Assembly (NCBI GenBank): GCA_964304625.1
Contig: OZ199840.1
Location: 10,689,844-10,753,843 of the forward strand
Direction: 5' to 3'
DNA: 64,000 nucleotides
From: Kudoa neothunni
Taxonomy: Eukaryota > Animalia > Cnidaria
Below the pieces are notes generated by a model that saw nothing but the letters and a program-made list of their open reading frames with translations, ran no database searches and was not told the origin of the DNA. The position numbers and the translations under genes are program-made. This document shows, in pieces, positions 39,900 to 54,100 of this stretch. Numbering within the stretch: position 1 is the stretch's first letter; every line of letters begins with the position of its first letter.

Positions 39900-41880
39900 A
39901 CCGCTTAACACTAAGTATACCTTTAAAAGAAATCACCTGTTTTATTCAAAAATTTCTTCAAAATCCATCTTGTTATAATGTCTATCAAATTTAATGAATG
40001 ATAACTTTATTGTAATCTTAATGTCTTCTTTCAAATTCATATATTTAGGTATTAATTCAAATCTTCATTAAATGAACATATTTGAGATTTAAGAGATGTT
40101 AAAATCGTTTTCCAATAACATCTAAGCTTCGGTGTCCCAATGATTCCATATAATATAAGAAATGCGACATATTCGTCGATTTAAATGAAATCAATTCTGA
40201 AAAATGCACCGCCTTAAGTAAGATAACTATTCTTATCCGCTAGGGACACATTTTGTAAGGATTAACAGAAATGTTACTCATGTTCGTTCGGTTCATTCTC
40301 CTAGATTATTTGAATCTTATCTCGTCTCTTTTGTATTGAATGAGTAAATATTTTTCTTCAGAAAAAGGGGAGGATAAATTGTAAGTTCAAATGAACCATT
40401 AATACATCAAATTTTTAGAGGGAAATATTTTAACAAATATTTTTTGAGATTGAAATAGTGGAATTTTAGAAACTAAAATATTCTTCGAAACGTTGAATAA
40501 ATCATGAATCTTAAAGTCCATTTGGATTTAGATTTTTATTTTATTTGGCGCTAATTTTTTCACGCACAAAACCTAACTGGCTGCAATGATGGAGCACCGA
40601 TTGGAATCAAAAAATTCCTAGAGTAGTTTAAGTAGAGCGTGTAATTTTCGACATATTATCTCATCGAGATTCAATATTAATCTATCAATAAACAAATTAA
40701 ACTTAATTGTGATGACTTCTCTCTCCTTAAAATTCCATTCAGAAAGAGTTTAATCTTGAGACAATATTATTGAAGTTTTATCACCTTGGAACGTTGATGA
40801 TATCAATTCGAATACACTTGAAGAAGTCATTTCATTCCCACATTCAACAAACTTTGAAAGTTTGTTAATTGGATTCAATGTTTCGACAATGACTTTAAAA
40901 TATATAAAGAATTATTTAAGTGAAGAAACGGTTAGATCAATTTCATTAGCGATTTTAGAAGAAAACTTTGACGTTATTTATCAACCAAGAAGTCAATAAC
41001 AGCAGGGATATAATTCAATATTTCATTAACACAAATATAGAGACACTATATCATCTGTAATCATTTACACGGGGTATTTCTTTTAAATATTCAATATCAT
41101 GTTTTGCTATATGATGCATAAAAACCTTCCTAGCACATCTGTTCTTTGAAACAAGTGCCGAAAACTTCATGCAAACAAATCTTACTTGAGAAAATATGTC
41201 TTTGATAGTTTTTGAATTGAAAGATGAATCAAATCGAAGAAACAAGGAACTTTTATGACATTTGAATGTAACAATGAAATATTTTTGTAATATTTTGTCA
41301 TTACTTGAGAAATAATCATTGAGTTGCAGTCATGTAAAATTGTGGAATCCAACATTAAGATCCTTTTTTATCCAACGAGTGATCATAGAAGCACATTAAA
41401 GTATGAAACGTTGTCCGATTTTCGAAATCCGGAGTCTCGTCAATCATTAATGAAGACCGCACATTGCTCAATATAAGCGTCAATGCTTCAACATATTTGT
41501 CAAATAATAGTCTACCATCAGGTAAAGATAGCGTGATAGGACAGTGTTTTGTAATATAGTTACGCAGGGGAGTATGCTTCGCAATGGATTTAAAAGATAG
41601 TCCATCATAAATTACCAACGAAATTAAATCGATTTCCATTTCATCATTGCTTCGATCTCTGTAAAAAGAATTAGGTAACGGAGACGTATGTTTTCACAAA
41701 TTAATCAATGAATCATATTTTTTTGAAACTGAATGCTCCTGTATTCTATTCTGTTGTGCTGGTGGGTTAATTTTTACAGTATTTGCACACCAAAACATTG
41801 TCAATTATTCTAAGAAACGATCATTCGTCCAAAAAACTAAACAATTGTCATCTTTTTCTCGCCATATGTTTAAATGTCGC
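39900..41880 (-). mobile_element. Heavily decayed hAT-like transposase
   Basis: Minus-strand fragments such as SLMIDETPDFENR (first catalytic Asp region of hAT-like RNase H folds), broken by many stops. Family assignment is weak. Confidence 0.45.
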
Positions 41881-42751
41881 GAAAACTGATAAGTTCCGAA
41901 GAAAATAAACGTTGATTTTTTTATAAATTCGACGAAAATCTATTTTAATCGAAAATACATGCTCTACGTAAAAGGTACGATAAAGATTGGTCAAGAGTGC
42001 AAGCAAGTATAAGAAACTAAGAAAAAAAATTTCAGCCATAAAATCGTACTTTATTCCTCTAACTACTATCTACTATACTGGTAATTATACAAACAAGTAT
42101 AACTTTAAGCAGTGTATAGACAAATTTCGTGGTTTTAATCTGTTAATTGTAAATATTTGGCGCCACATATAATACTTTAACTGATTATCGTAATCATATC
42201 AATGAATGGAGGAGAATTGTGCTGTAGTTAGGGAAAGTTTCTACAATGATGAAGTGTTATTTAGTTTTCATGACGGTTTATCATTCGGATAATTTGGTTT
42301 CGGTGCACTCATTACAATCCCCATGAGCATTAATCGAGCACCGTTATTTGTGTGTTTCTTGAACACAAAATATTCTTCGTAATGACATCGAACGCTTAAC
42401 GATGAGTGTAACCAAGTCCACCTCATTCGATTAATATAAACCTAATTATTTTTTGGATTGTACAAGATATTTAATTTGGGAGAATTTGAAGTGTATTAAT
42501 ACTCAAATAAACTATTAATCAACCTGCCGTACAAAATACAGCTATAAATTGTAAAAATCGTTTATTGACGTAGCTATTAAATGTTAGAAAAGATCATTTA
42601 TAGTATTTAAAACGTAATTATAATGTTGAACAAGATGTTAAATGGCGCCACAATAATAAACATTCAATTAAAATACGCGTGGGTTAGATTATTCACTGAT
42701 CGTTTTGTGAAGTGAACGTATTTTTACAAAAACAGATTTTGTTTCAGTTAA

Positions 42752-44335
42752 ATGTCTACAAAACCAACTTTAAGCAAGAATCGTTTCAAATCTTTGCGTG
42801 TTCCTTGGAAGAAGAACCTTAACAAAATTCTCCGAAAATCTGATATGGATAACGTAGACGAACGCCAAAGTGTCATTTTGGATTTGAAAAGAGACAATCA
42901 ACTGTTAGCTGATGACATAATGAATGATAAAAATAAGATTCAATATTTTATGGACGGTACCTTCGGAGTTGACACCTACAAAAAGATTGTTGATGATTAT
43001 CATCGTGGATGTAATGTGGGATTGAACCAAAGTGATGATGTATTGAGCAGGTCGCTTCAGAGGGGTAATAGTTTAACTTTTTATTCAAAATCATTGAACT
43101 TTATTTGGGGGTAGGAGAGTTGGTCAACCTACAAAAGTGTACAATGAGGAAACAACTTCCCAATGAAAATGACGCTAATTACATTCAGTATCAACTAGCT
43201 ATCAATAGACAATACACTGAAAACAATTTATTAGTTGAGAGTATTTTTAGTGCGAGATTAGTGTGGTGTTTCTACATATTTAGGCGCAAAACACAATCAA
43301 CACCCTTCATCCACAAACCGGGACCAATTGTGTTTATCCAATAGTGAGCGTACTCATGATACTCAAATGTAAGTTGATTTATTTGTCTGTTGAATTAATC
43401 TGTTAAAGATTTAACAAGGAAGAACTTAAAACATGGAATGATACTTTGGAAGATTTAAAAAATCAATTGCAAATGCAATACGAAGATGAATTCGATGAGG
43501 TAGTCCTCCAAGCAGTCCATTTTTTTCAACGTTTCTAGGGGAGTGATTGTTACGATGAATTTTCTTCTCCATGCTTGGAAGATAACGATGATGAAAATAA
43601 TAGTATCAAATTAAAATGATAACACCATTGTAGTAGTTTTTCATGATAGGTTATCATTCGGTTCCCCCTCAAGAGAACCACTCTCCAAACAAAGAAATTC
43701 GAAACAACGATGATTGTATTCAGATATACCAAACTCATCCTCAGTATTTTCATTTTATGTGTCACTCATTCTAGTCTACTTTTCTCACAGAACTATCACT
43801 GTAAATTGGAATAATTGCAACATGTGTCCCAATGGTGAGGATTATTATCCTGACCCAGCCGATAGTTCACAATCATTTAATCGTACTTTAAAAGTAATTA
43901 CATTTTAAAAATTAAACCAAAATTAATTTAATTGTTACATAGAATATTTTATGTGACGATGACTCGAAATTGAAAAATGATATAAATGTTGGATTATCGT
44001 TTACAGAGGATAAAAATGGGAGGGTTTATTTCACTAACCATGTCCTCCCGGAAATGGCTCAGTGCAAGAAACCCACTAAAATAAGACTTTCAACTGACTC
44101 ATCACATTCAAACCCACTAAATTCGTCCCACGGAAAATTTGAAACCTCATCGCTAAATAAATGTCCTTATGACGAGCAAAAAATGCTTCGGCAAGAATTA
44201 CACCGTGTACATGGTGAGATTAATCAACTGAAAAGTTTGTGTTCGACGTTCGCTGAAAATATGGCTAGTATTTCGAATTTTCAGGAAGAAATCAAAATGT
44301 TATTTGAGAAAAAGTTCTCCGATCCTCATAAATAA
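42752..44335 (+). CDS. Uncharacterised multi-exon protein with C-terminal coiled coil
   Basis: About seven phase-compatible short GT-AG introns link ORFs 42752, 43105, 43714 and 43970 into one frame ending QKMLRQELHRVHGEINQLKSL...FEKKFSDPHK. No family recognised. Confidence 0.65.
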
Positions 44336-45547
44336 TAAAAAAATATTTGTAACCCTCTGTTAATATTGAATGTTTGCTGAAGTTGTTTCTATTTGCATTC
44401 AAACGCCAATATATTCGTAATACTTAAGCGCATTTGTTGCCTATGTATAAAATAGACATTTTTCTTATCTTATTTTTGGAAAATAAAACCCGGTATTATA
44501 TTAATTTTACCCAAGAAATATCAACTAGATTTTATATTTCTGATATGAAGTCAAAGGGATTACACTCATATGTGACTACGTGAAAAAATAATGTGGATAA
44601 AGTTTTTTTATAGCTAACAATTGTTGTTATCTTTATAATAACTGTAATCATCGGTTATTGTTGTAACTAAAACCTATTAGTCAAGGTCTTGTCGAATAAT
44701 CACTCCCGAAGTAATCTGAAGCAACACTAAATCTTGTTTAAAAAACCCACTAAAATATTGATCTTATCTTTCTTATATCTTATCTTATATTCAAGTAATT
44801 TCGAAAATATTCAATTAATTGATTATTTATGATTTAATTGAATTTTTTTATTTGGGATGATTCTAAAATAAATTTATGTGTATCTCAAAAAAATTTCCAC
44901 GAAATATTTAAACAACTCAATTTATTGCGCCAAAAACATGTTTGAGTATATTTTTTCCCACATAAATTTTCTATTCGTAATTTATTGTTTTTGAGTAAAT
45001 TAAAGATTTAAAAAAATTAAGACAATGAGATTTTGTTAATGTTTTTTATTATTCTGATTAAGTCATTCTTCATTGTATCCTTTACCTACAACAACACTTC
45101 AGTTTACAGTAGGTCTGACTAATCTACGGCTAGCTCTGTCCTCTTATGACTCTAATGCGTTTGACCACGCGGAGTTGTATCGGTTCGTTTAAAGACAATT
45201 AACACATCATTTTAGTAGATAAATGTTGATTACAACTCGTTGTTTAATTCCTTACGATGTGTTTATTTAATTTTAATTATAATGAATGAGAAAACGACGC
45301 CATAATATAGAAGGATTTTAAATGAAAAAAATACGAATCGATATGGTACATGTTCAAAATTTAACTAATTTCCATGTTTCAGATACTTTAAAATTTTTAA
45401 TTATTTAAAGTCATAAGTTAATTTAATTTTATAAAGTACATGAGGTCTACTTTACTCCCGAATGATATTAATTTGTCCGTAAAATCGATTCAAATATATA
45501 GATTAAACTAAAATTTGTGTAATTTTATCAAATTATTATTTAATATA

Positions 45548-46150
45548 TACAGTTGAACCACATATAACCGAAAATCACGCTATCCGAGCAAATCTTTAAA
45601 ATATATTTGAAAATGATATAGATTCAAAATAAAAAAAATTCGCTTAACCGAAACAACTTAACGTAATTAATATAGTATTTTATGTTCAAAATGTAACCAT
45701 GCTAATAATGAACATATAAATGTTGGGTAAAAACAAATTCCCTTATATCTTTTCATTAGTACGATAATGTGAAAAATGGAATTTATGGGATTGTTTAATC
45801 ACAAGCTGGCAATGACTTCATAAGACCAACTTATCTACGGAATTGGCCTGATTCAAAAATGTTCACACATCTGTTTTGTCCCATAATACCTTCACTTTTA
45901 GGTCTTATTGAGTCGTAACAATCATTAATCATATATTAAATTGTTGGAATAAGGCATATCATAGTTAAAGAAGAAATTCATCGACAAACTATTGTGATAA
46001 TCAATAATTATTATAAAACTTAATCTCCAATAATATGGCCACAAGCGACCTCATATTATCTTGTAAATTGTTGTTAAACCTAACATATGATGCCTATGGT
46101 TACTCGCTTCAAACTCAACGGTAAGGGAAGTGCAGAAGACGGAACTTTAT
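45548..46150 (+). mobile_element. Possible pogo/Tigger-like remnant
   Basis: TA-CAGTTGAACCACATATAACCG resembles Tigger/pogo termini. Downstream coding relics are too decayed to confirm. Confidence 0.3.
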
Positions 46151-46776
46151 GTCAAATTAAAATTTTAATATGCATTGATTTTTTAAGTTGTATTTATTTT
46201 CCGAATATCTATAGTAGATAATCTATTTTTCGTACCTTTGAAATAAACTTTTATTAAATAATTTTTTTAGAATTCGTATTCATATTTAATATTACCAAAA
46301 TATTTCCTATTATCCTTTCTGTTTTTACACGAATAAAATCACGAGAAGTTGGAAAGTACGACGAATCGGTTACCTACTGTATTACGATGGTGCAATATTT
46401 CCAGTCTATTTTCCCTTCAATAAATATGGAATGATATTAAATTTGCAAAGAAAATGACTTTCTATATTTAATTATGTTTATTTTTACTTTACTATAATAC
46501 ACATATGTTGTACTATAATAGGGATTAACAATATGCTATATAATTTGTGGTCCTTTGGCAACAACTCATAATGTACCGATGTGGACCCGCCACCCGAAAG
46601 TGTACCAACCACGATTCTAATACTACTTAAATAAGTAGATTTTTTGCGATTATTACGAAAATGACCGAATGGAATTATATATAGGATTAGTTAACGAAAT
46701 CATTCATAATTTTCATATTAATCTATCGATAAATTTTTTTTAAAAATGTATCTATTGTCTTTACGGATTTTTCAAT

Positions 46777-47173
46777 TACAGGGCAACCTCGGAGTTTGAA
46801 CACATATAGAAGGAGTATTCAGAACAAATAAAGTTGGAGCAAAAAACAGAGAAGAAAATAAATTTTAGAAGAAGAGTCGCTCAATCAAATTGCGCCAATG
46901 TCATCGAAAGAGAAACCTTTACAATCTATCATATTACAACCAACAAATATTTATCCTATATTCCATTTTTATTATATTTAATATTTATTTAATATTTTAT
47001 AAATTAAAGGTATGCACATTTTTTTCATAAATAAGAATAAAAATAGTTATTTATTTGAGTGAGGTAATGGATTGAACTAATTTTCTTTATTTTGCATGGG
47101 AACAAATTATTCGGTGTTCGAGCACACTTCTAGAACGGATTATGGTCCAAGTTCGAGGGGAGGTTGAACTGTA
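46777..47173. mobile_element. TA-flanked MITE related to the Tc1-like element at 23757
   Basis: TACAGGGCAACCTCGGAGTTTG...GAGGTTGAACTGTA imperfect TIR. Internal block is similar to 23820-23945. Confidence 0.6.
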
Positions 47174-48231
47174 CATTGATTGAAAAAAATGTGGACTGTT
47201 TTTAAACCCTTAGCCCTTTAGAGGATGTATTACAGCGTTTTACGATGTGTGGCATGAGAAAATTTTGATATAACGTGGAAAATCCTGTGTGTTGGAGTGT
47301 TGGTATTACACGGAAAATGATGAGATAATTGACAGTATGATGTATTTTGAAGTCAATATCACGATTTTCGATAGCGCTCATTTTTAAGTGACGATTAACA
47401 TCATAAAACATATAAAAAATTAATAATAAGATTTAACGCGTCCTTCGCTCGAATAGAATCATTAAGGTATGACTCTCAAAGTTGTCTCATTTAGAATCGC
47501 ATATCCCTTTTTATATTAAATCTAAACTAATAAAGATTATGTTTGTATTTATATTATTTATTTTCGGTTCATTAGTCCCGTGTACACGAAAATCTTTCCT
47601 AATGAAGGTTGGATTACCACGAGTTTCATTTGAAATTGTTTTTGACTGTATGAAGAACTAAAGATGTTACTTTTTAAGGTGACTCGATAAATTAAGTTAG
47701 ATCTGATCAAATTCTTTTTAATTTTAATGGGGAAAATGTATTTATTAGTAGTCTTCAAATTTTAATGTGATAGGGAGCTTTATCTATTATTATAAACAGT
47801 TTAAATTAAAAAATCAATAATTATGAAAAACGATGGGAAACACTAATACTAATATATTGGATTTATTAGCTCTGATTTTTAATCAGCATAAGCTTAGTTG
47901 ATTTGATGCTAGAAATTTAAAATGAGGAATCAATAATCACTGTTCCTCGAATGTTTGTTAGCAGCATATAAAGTATTTCACAAAAATAATCACCCATATT
48001 CGAATGTTGGTTAGTAACAAAATAATACAAAGTTTAAAACTCTTCAATACATACCTTATTAGCATCAATATAAATTGAGTATGGATAGATCAATAAACTA
48101 CGAATTTTGTATTCGAGAAAATCGTAATTTTTTATTACAACCGGGAATATAGCCAATATCTTGATTTTTTTCTATTCTACAGTAGAATAGGGGGTGATTC
48201 TTAATTCCATTGAGGCCTTAAAAACGAAGTA

Positions 48232-48920
48232 TACAGTAGGCAACCGAAAATACCAAATCCCTCGGGACCACAAAAGAGTGCATATTAAACATTGCCACCG
48301 ATAATACATACCCAATACGCACGCGCAGATATCTTTATTTTATGTTTTCTTTATTTTTCACTATAGATATTACACCGTTTATTTAAATAGAATAACAAAA
48401 AAACATTATTAAGATTATTTGGCCTAAAAATAATTCGCAATTTTTATTCTGATCATATTTATATCCTTTTACACTGGGATAAAATTTAATGAATGTTCAG
48501 TTCTAAAAAATGATAAGTATTATTTTATGTCTTATTCACTTTCTAGCGCAATATAGAATTTTTTATATTTTTACTCTAAAATCATAAATTAGGTGCATCT
48601 ATAACATTCTTTAATGTTAGATCATAGTCTTGAAATAAAAATTATTCACTTTTCATCTCATTCAAAAATTCAACCGCCAGAATAAAAATTTTTCCCTCGT
48701 TTTCAATCAAAACAATTTAATCTACGTGGTTCGAACGAAAAGTGCGTATTATCGGTTAGTCACGTGATATGGCAGATTGGAAATTTCCTAATTAAATTCA
48801 AACATATTTTTAAGAATTTTATCCCGTTACAATCACAAAAATATTATAAACAGTTTCACCCAATATAAACCATGACTACGTCGTATCGATGAAAGTGCGT
48901 ATTATCGGTTGCACACTGTA
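48232..48920. mobile_element. Tc1/mariner-pogo type MITE, copy 2
   Basis: TA-CAGTAGGCAACCGA...GTGCGTATTATCGGTTGCACACTG-TA. Long collinear match to 29568-30213. Confidence 0.85.
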
Positions 48921-49717
48921 ATAAATACTGCCATAGAAGTCAGTTGTCAGATAAACATCTAAATGCATTGTACATGGTTGGAATTATTCTTTATATACCG
49001 AAGTGGGATAAACCTCTATCGGACATGAATCAACTTCATATTTCACTCTCAAATATAAATTTATAATTTTCTTATATTTATTGTTGTATTTTTCCCAAAA
49101 AATTTTTTCTTCAGACCCTCCCTCCTCAAAGCGCATAAAAATCTAAAATCCGGCCAACCAGTCAAAAACTTTAGTGAGTGAGGTCGGAGATATCGTGTAA
49201 TTTCTCTTCGATCCAAAAATTTTACACAATGCAAAGACTCACTCAATCATAACTTTGATTATTCACAGTGTAATCTGCCATGCGCAATCTAAAGCGAGTC
49301 CATCAGAATGAGAAATAAGTCTAGTTGACTGTAATTTATTCTCGTACGTTACAAATAACCTAACGCAACAATCTCATATTTTAAATATTAGACGGATTTT
49401 CAGCAGACATCACCATTTAATTGCGTGCTACTACGAGAACACCATCACACATAAAACAATAATACAAAGGTCCTTCTTGAGATGCGCAATATTATTAAAC
49501 TGTAAATCCAAATTTTAACACAAGCACCAAGGTTAACTTTCACGAACAACCCATAAAACACACAACATACATTAATTCCCAAAAAAATTTTAGGATCTCA
49601 AAAATTAACTAATTCATGACTAAATAGGATGTGGTGAGTGGGCAAGAGTAGTTTTGGCAAATATGAACATTTGTTATAAATAAACTCTGCACACAGCTGC
49701 GACAACTGTTGGAGAGT

Positions 49718-50185
49718 TTATCTGGGTTTGACTTTGAAACCACATACTTGCTCTTGCTTATCAAAGGAGAGAATAGATATTAGGTATTCTTGATCTCCAG
49801 CAAGAATTTGGTTGATTTCCTCGAGAGTTTTCTCGTCGGTGGGCATTCTTACATCGTCTTTGATGTTGTGGTTCTCATCCATCAAAGTGAGAAATCCATC
49901 ATCAGCACCAATGAGTTGGTATTCTTTTTTCACCACAACAGGTGTGTCCATTTTGTGGGTGGATGGACACAAATCTTCACATTTCTTCCCAGTAAAGATA
50001 TCAACACCAACCAGATGAACTTTAGCGTGACCATGTTTTCCGGTTTTCGAAGTGCTCATTTCAGTGATTTTGCAAGGATAACCTTTCAGCATAGCATATT
50101 GACCCTTTCTCAATGCTGAGCACTGAACAGGGATAGTTGTTGATTTACCGGAATCACCCCCACCATAATGTTCATCGTCAGACAT
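49718..50185 (-). CDS. EIF5A: Eukaryotic translation factor eIF5A, CDS uninterrupted
   Basis: 155 aa with QCSALRK, the hypusination motif [12 protein letters not shown] and EDLCPSTH. Confidence 0.97.
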   Translation of the reverse strand: MSDDEHYGGGDSGKSTTIPVQCSALRKGQYAMLKGYPCKITEMSTSKTGKHGHAKVHLVGVDIFTGKKCEDLCPSTHKMDTPVVVKKEYQLIGADDGFLTLMDENHNIKDDVRMPTDEKTLEEINQILAGDQEYLISILSFDKQEQVCGFKVKPR

Positions 50186-50510
50186 CTACAAAGTGGGAAC
50201 AGTCAAATCACACAATCAACCGAACACAGTTGCAGGTACCTTGCGCTGGTTTTTAACACGTTAGTTGTACGTTTTCGGTTATGATCGTGAAACGGATTAA
50301 ACCTTGTCGGTGAGTGAGGTTCGATTTTGAGAGGCGTCATTTGTCGGTGAGCTTGCTTGTGCAAATTAACAATTGGTCGAGTGTAGCCGCAAAAATCCAC
50401 AATATATTTAAAAATAAACAATAAATAATCTAACTATTAACTACAGCTAGTTAAAAGAAATGACACTTTTGTGTTCGACCATCGTGTTCTCGAATCACAC
50501 CCAAATTTCG

Positions 50511-51155
50511 TTACCAACTCGTATCTGTGGATTGGTGGGTTTCCGCCTTAGAGTTGATTAAATTATTCGAGAGTTTACGAAAAGTGGTTGTTAATGGAAT
50601 TTGGAGGTTGGAAAGTCGATCCTCCTGCAATAAATCTCCATTGTTGATGGTGGCGGTGGCAATCGGTAGTTTACTGAAATTATTCCTCACATCTTTGAGA
50701 AGTTGATTCTTTTTTAACACCGAATTTTGGGTGTGGAATAAAACTTGACCGCCACCATTCAAACATCCCCCGTTTGGGCACGCCATCACTTCAATATATT
50801 GATAATAGTTGGTAGGCAGTTTTTATCTAATCAACATATTCTGAATACTTCGGAATCCGTACACCTTCATAACCATAGTAGTAAAGGATTGGCCTCATCA
50901 AATAATGCATTACTTTGGCAAATCTTAATAACACCTCGGTAGAATTGTCACTTTTAATTCGCTCCAGCCAAAATTCATAATAATCCGAAGATTTAATGTA
51001 TTCATGATGAATCTTGTAAGTGGTATCGTTGGTGGATACTGTCTCAATGGTGATGCCATTTTTAATGGTTTCCACCACATCGATTTTCAAATTGAAAAGA
51101 AGTTGGCATGCGATTATAAAAATATTGATGGCTAATCCTCCGCTTTCCCCACCCT

Positions 51156-51186
<31 letters not shown>

Positions 51187-54100
51187 GGATCAAACATTCA
51201 TTCACTCTAACATTCAGCTAATCAGTAAACAAAATTGCGAGTTAAATTGAACTAATTTTAGATTTAACCTAAGGAATGTACAATATTTCTATAGTAGATA
51301 GGACGGTCAATTAGGTTGCCACATTTTTCGGATGAGTCCTGGTCTTGAGTATATATAGAATCAAAGTGAACTGTTTTATTCGACAGCGACAATTCAAGCT
51401 GCTGTTTTCTAAATACGAGACAATTATAGAGTTAGTATAAAATCAAGTGAATCGTTGAATAATAAAGTTAATTAGCGTTTTTTCAGTTTTTAAATAAAAT
51501 GGAAGTAAAATGGATGGGGTTTTAAAATATTTGATTATCTTTATAAACTATTTTTTACTAATTTTCGTTATTAACTTTTATTGTTAAAAAATCACATTTT
51601 CTATCTCAATGATTATAATAAATATGAAATTATTGTTAATTTCATTATTAGGGATTAATTTAAAGATTAATTTTTGGTAATAACATAAAAATAATTAGCA
51701 TTTGAAAAAGAATAGTGGATTCTTTAATCTTCATCGTTTGGAGTGCGGAATTCTGAATTCTAAATTCTGAATTTTGAGTGTGTGGTATCTCTTGTACCAC
51801 AAAATTTCTGTTCTCTCTTAATTCTAACTACGCCTATTTTCATTATCCTAAGATGGTTGTTATCTTTTATAAATCAACGCTCTTTATTTTCGTCATTAAA
51901 TAACTCGAATTTCTATTTTTAAGCTACGAATTTGACACTTGTTGAGTCACGTGATGTCATTATTATTTCAATAATATCAAATTATTCCATATATTCACTT
52001 AATATGTATATATATAAATATTATTGAAATAGGTGAATTAATTTAGAAAGAGATAAGGGTTCATTCCAATAAAACTGGTTTAACTTACACGAAAGTTAAT
52101 CTCATAAAATTACACTAATCCAACATACTAAATCTCTGTTGACCATTTAGTTCTTCATGTATTGAAGTTATTAATGTACTTATTCTTTTAAAATAAGTAG
52201 ATTGCAATATTAATCTGTAAAAGTAGTTGAACAATTTTCTACAAGCCGAATGGATACTATTGAGCAATAATTTCTATTTTTGAGTAAACATTGAGTAAAT
52301 ATATTGAAAAAATAAAGAAATGTGTGAATTGTTTAGTTGCTACCAATGAAAAAAAAATCAAAGATATTGAAATATTATTGAATTACTTATTTCTTTTATT
52401 TCGATGTATTTTTTGAATAATTCATAATAATGATTCAAAACTAAGAAAATACAGAACTAGACTTAGCGCATGGGCATAATCCGATTTTTTGAGAGAATAT
52501 CCGGAATATGCATGCAATTCGGGGATGCGTGTGAACAATTTTATTAACTTTTTAGGGTCCATCAAAATTTTCAGAATTAATTTGATTGACAGGACTCTTG
52601 AAATCTTCGAATTAAATAAGATTCAGGCCGTTGGAATACCGTTATATCCACATAATGTCGTCTCAAATGTTACGCAAATTATAAAATCTTCCAATATTAG
52701 CATAAATTGATATTTTTATTGTACTTCTATTAAGTCATGCGCATTTTAAAAAAGGTGGAGAATATTTTCACCCCAAGCGTATGTACGTATGTACGTATGT
52801 ACGCATGTACGCATGTACGTATGCGCGCCAAAAAGAATAATTTTTCTTAAATGTTGTATTTTGATTCGGATTTTAGAATCTAGTATTTTAATTATTTTTC
52901 GTCACGTATTTCGCTTTTTAGAGAGCAGATATAATTAAATACGGTCAAAATTAGTGTACCTGAATATTATTCACTGTGCCAGTAGCAGCTTTTTTATGAG
53001 AACTTAAAGTTAGTAAGATTAATATTTAGCAAAATATCTGTTATAAGTTATAACTCACTCTTGACACGCGTAATATTTTTGCATGCAGTAAAGGATGGAT
53101 TAACAATATGGCGAAGTTATTTTAATTAGGTAAAATTAATTTTTATGTTTTTATCGTGTCAATGAGAAATTATAAGGTAGAAATATGAAAAGTGGAGAAT
53201 TCATATGTTCAAAATATGGTAATATAATGACCAGATGAAACGTTTTAATTAGACGATAAAAAAATTTGTAACTAACTTTAGCTTGATAGAAGATCCAGTA
53301 GGGATCGATTAGATTAAATGCTATAAATCATAGCTCTTATTAAAACATTCAATGTTGTAAAATATCACATCGTAATAAATAGAATCAAAATTTAAGAATA
53401 GTTGATCGCTGTATCTATCGAATGTAGAGTCCAAGACATGAAAAATAAGGATTTTTTGATGCACAAGATATAGAAATAAATAAATAAAACTGCGAAAAAA
53501 TTGATTTAGTAATTGCCAATACCTTATCTACGATATAATTGAAAGAGCAAGATTGATGAATTATTTAATTCGGTATGTTTTTAATGATTGGGTGTCTTTT
53601 CGATTAAAACTAATAGTTTTGGTATTGTGGCAGAAAATAAAATATTTTAGCCCCGAGCTAAGCTATCAGGGGATAAAATGGGCGAAAGCCTGTTGTATCC
53701 TCAAAAAAGTTAATTTGTTTTAATTAAATTGAAATAAATATGACGTATTTACCGTACTTCAACAACAAATTTAAAAAATCGCCAAAAAGTTAATGGGAAA
53801 ATAAATAATTGTGCTTTTCAACTCTACAACGTGAGCGAATACCCAATTTATCGAATTAAAAAATTTTACTCTAAAAAACTACAAGACGATGAGTGACAAT
53901 ATTTTAAGACAGAATAGATAAAACTGGCTATTATCCATTGTTTCTTATTATCGGATCATTTTGAGTGTGAGTTAAAATATACAAAGGAAGAAAGGAGAAC
54001 AACTTAAAAATTCTGAATAAAAAGATCAAAGGATATTTCGATAATTATTGGATTAATACTGAAGAAAATAATTTAAAATAGATTAAATAAAAAGGAGATG

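Noticed and set aside
50823-50825. Genome-wide TAA reassignment as the explanation for the CIAO3 stop
   Set aside because: TAA terminates eIF5A, G-alpha, torsin and the CRD gene at expected positions, and I found no other conserved gene here with an internal stop.
52778-52823. Short tandem repeats as a CRISPR-like array
   Set aside because: No unique spacers, eukaryotic context, simple microsatellite.
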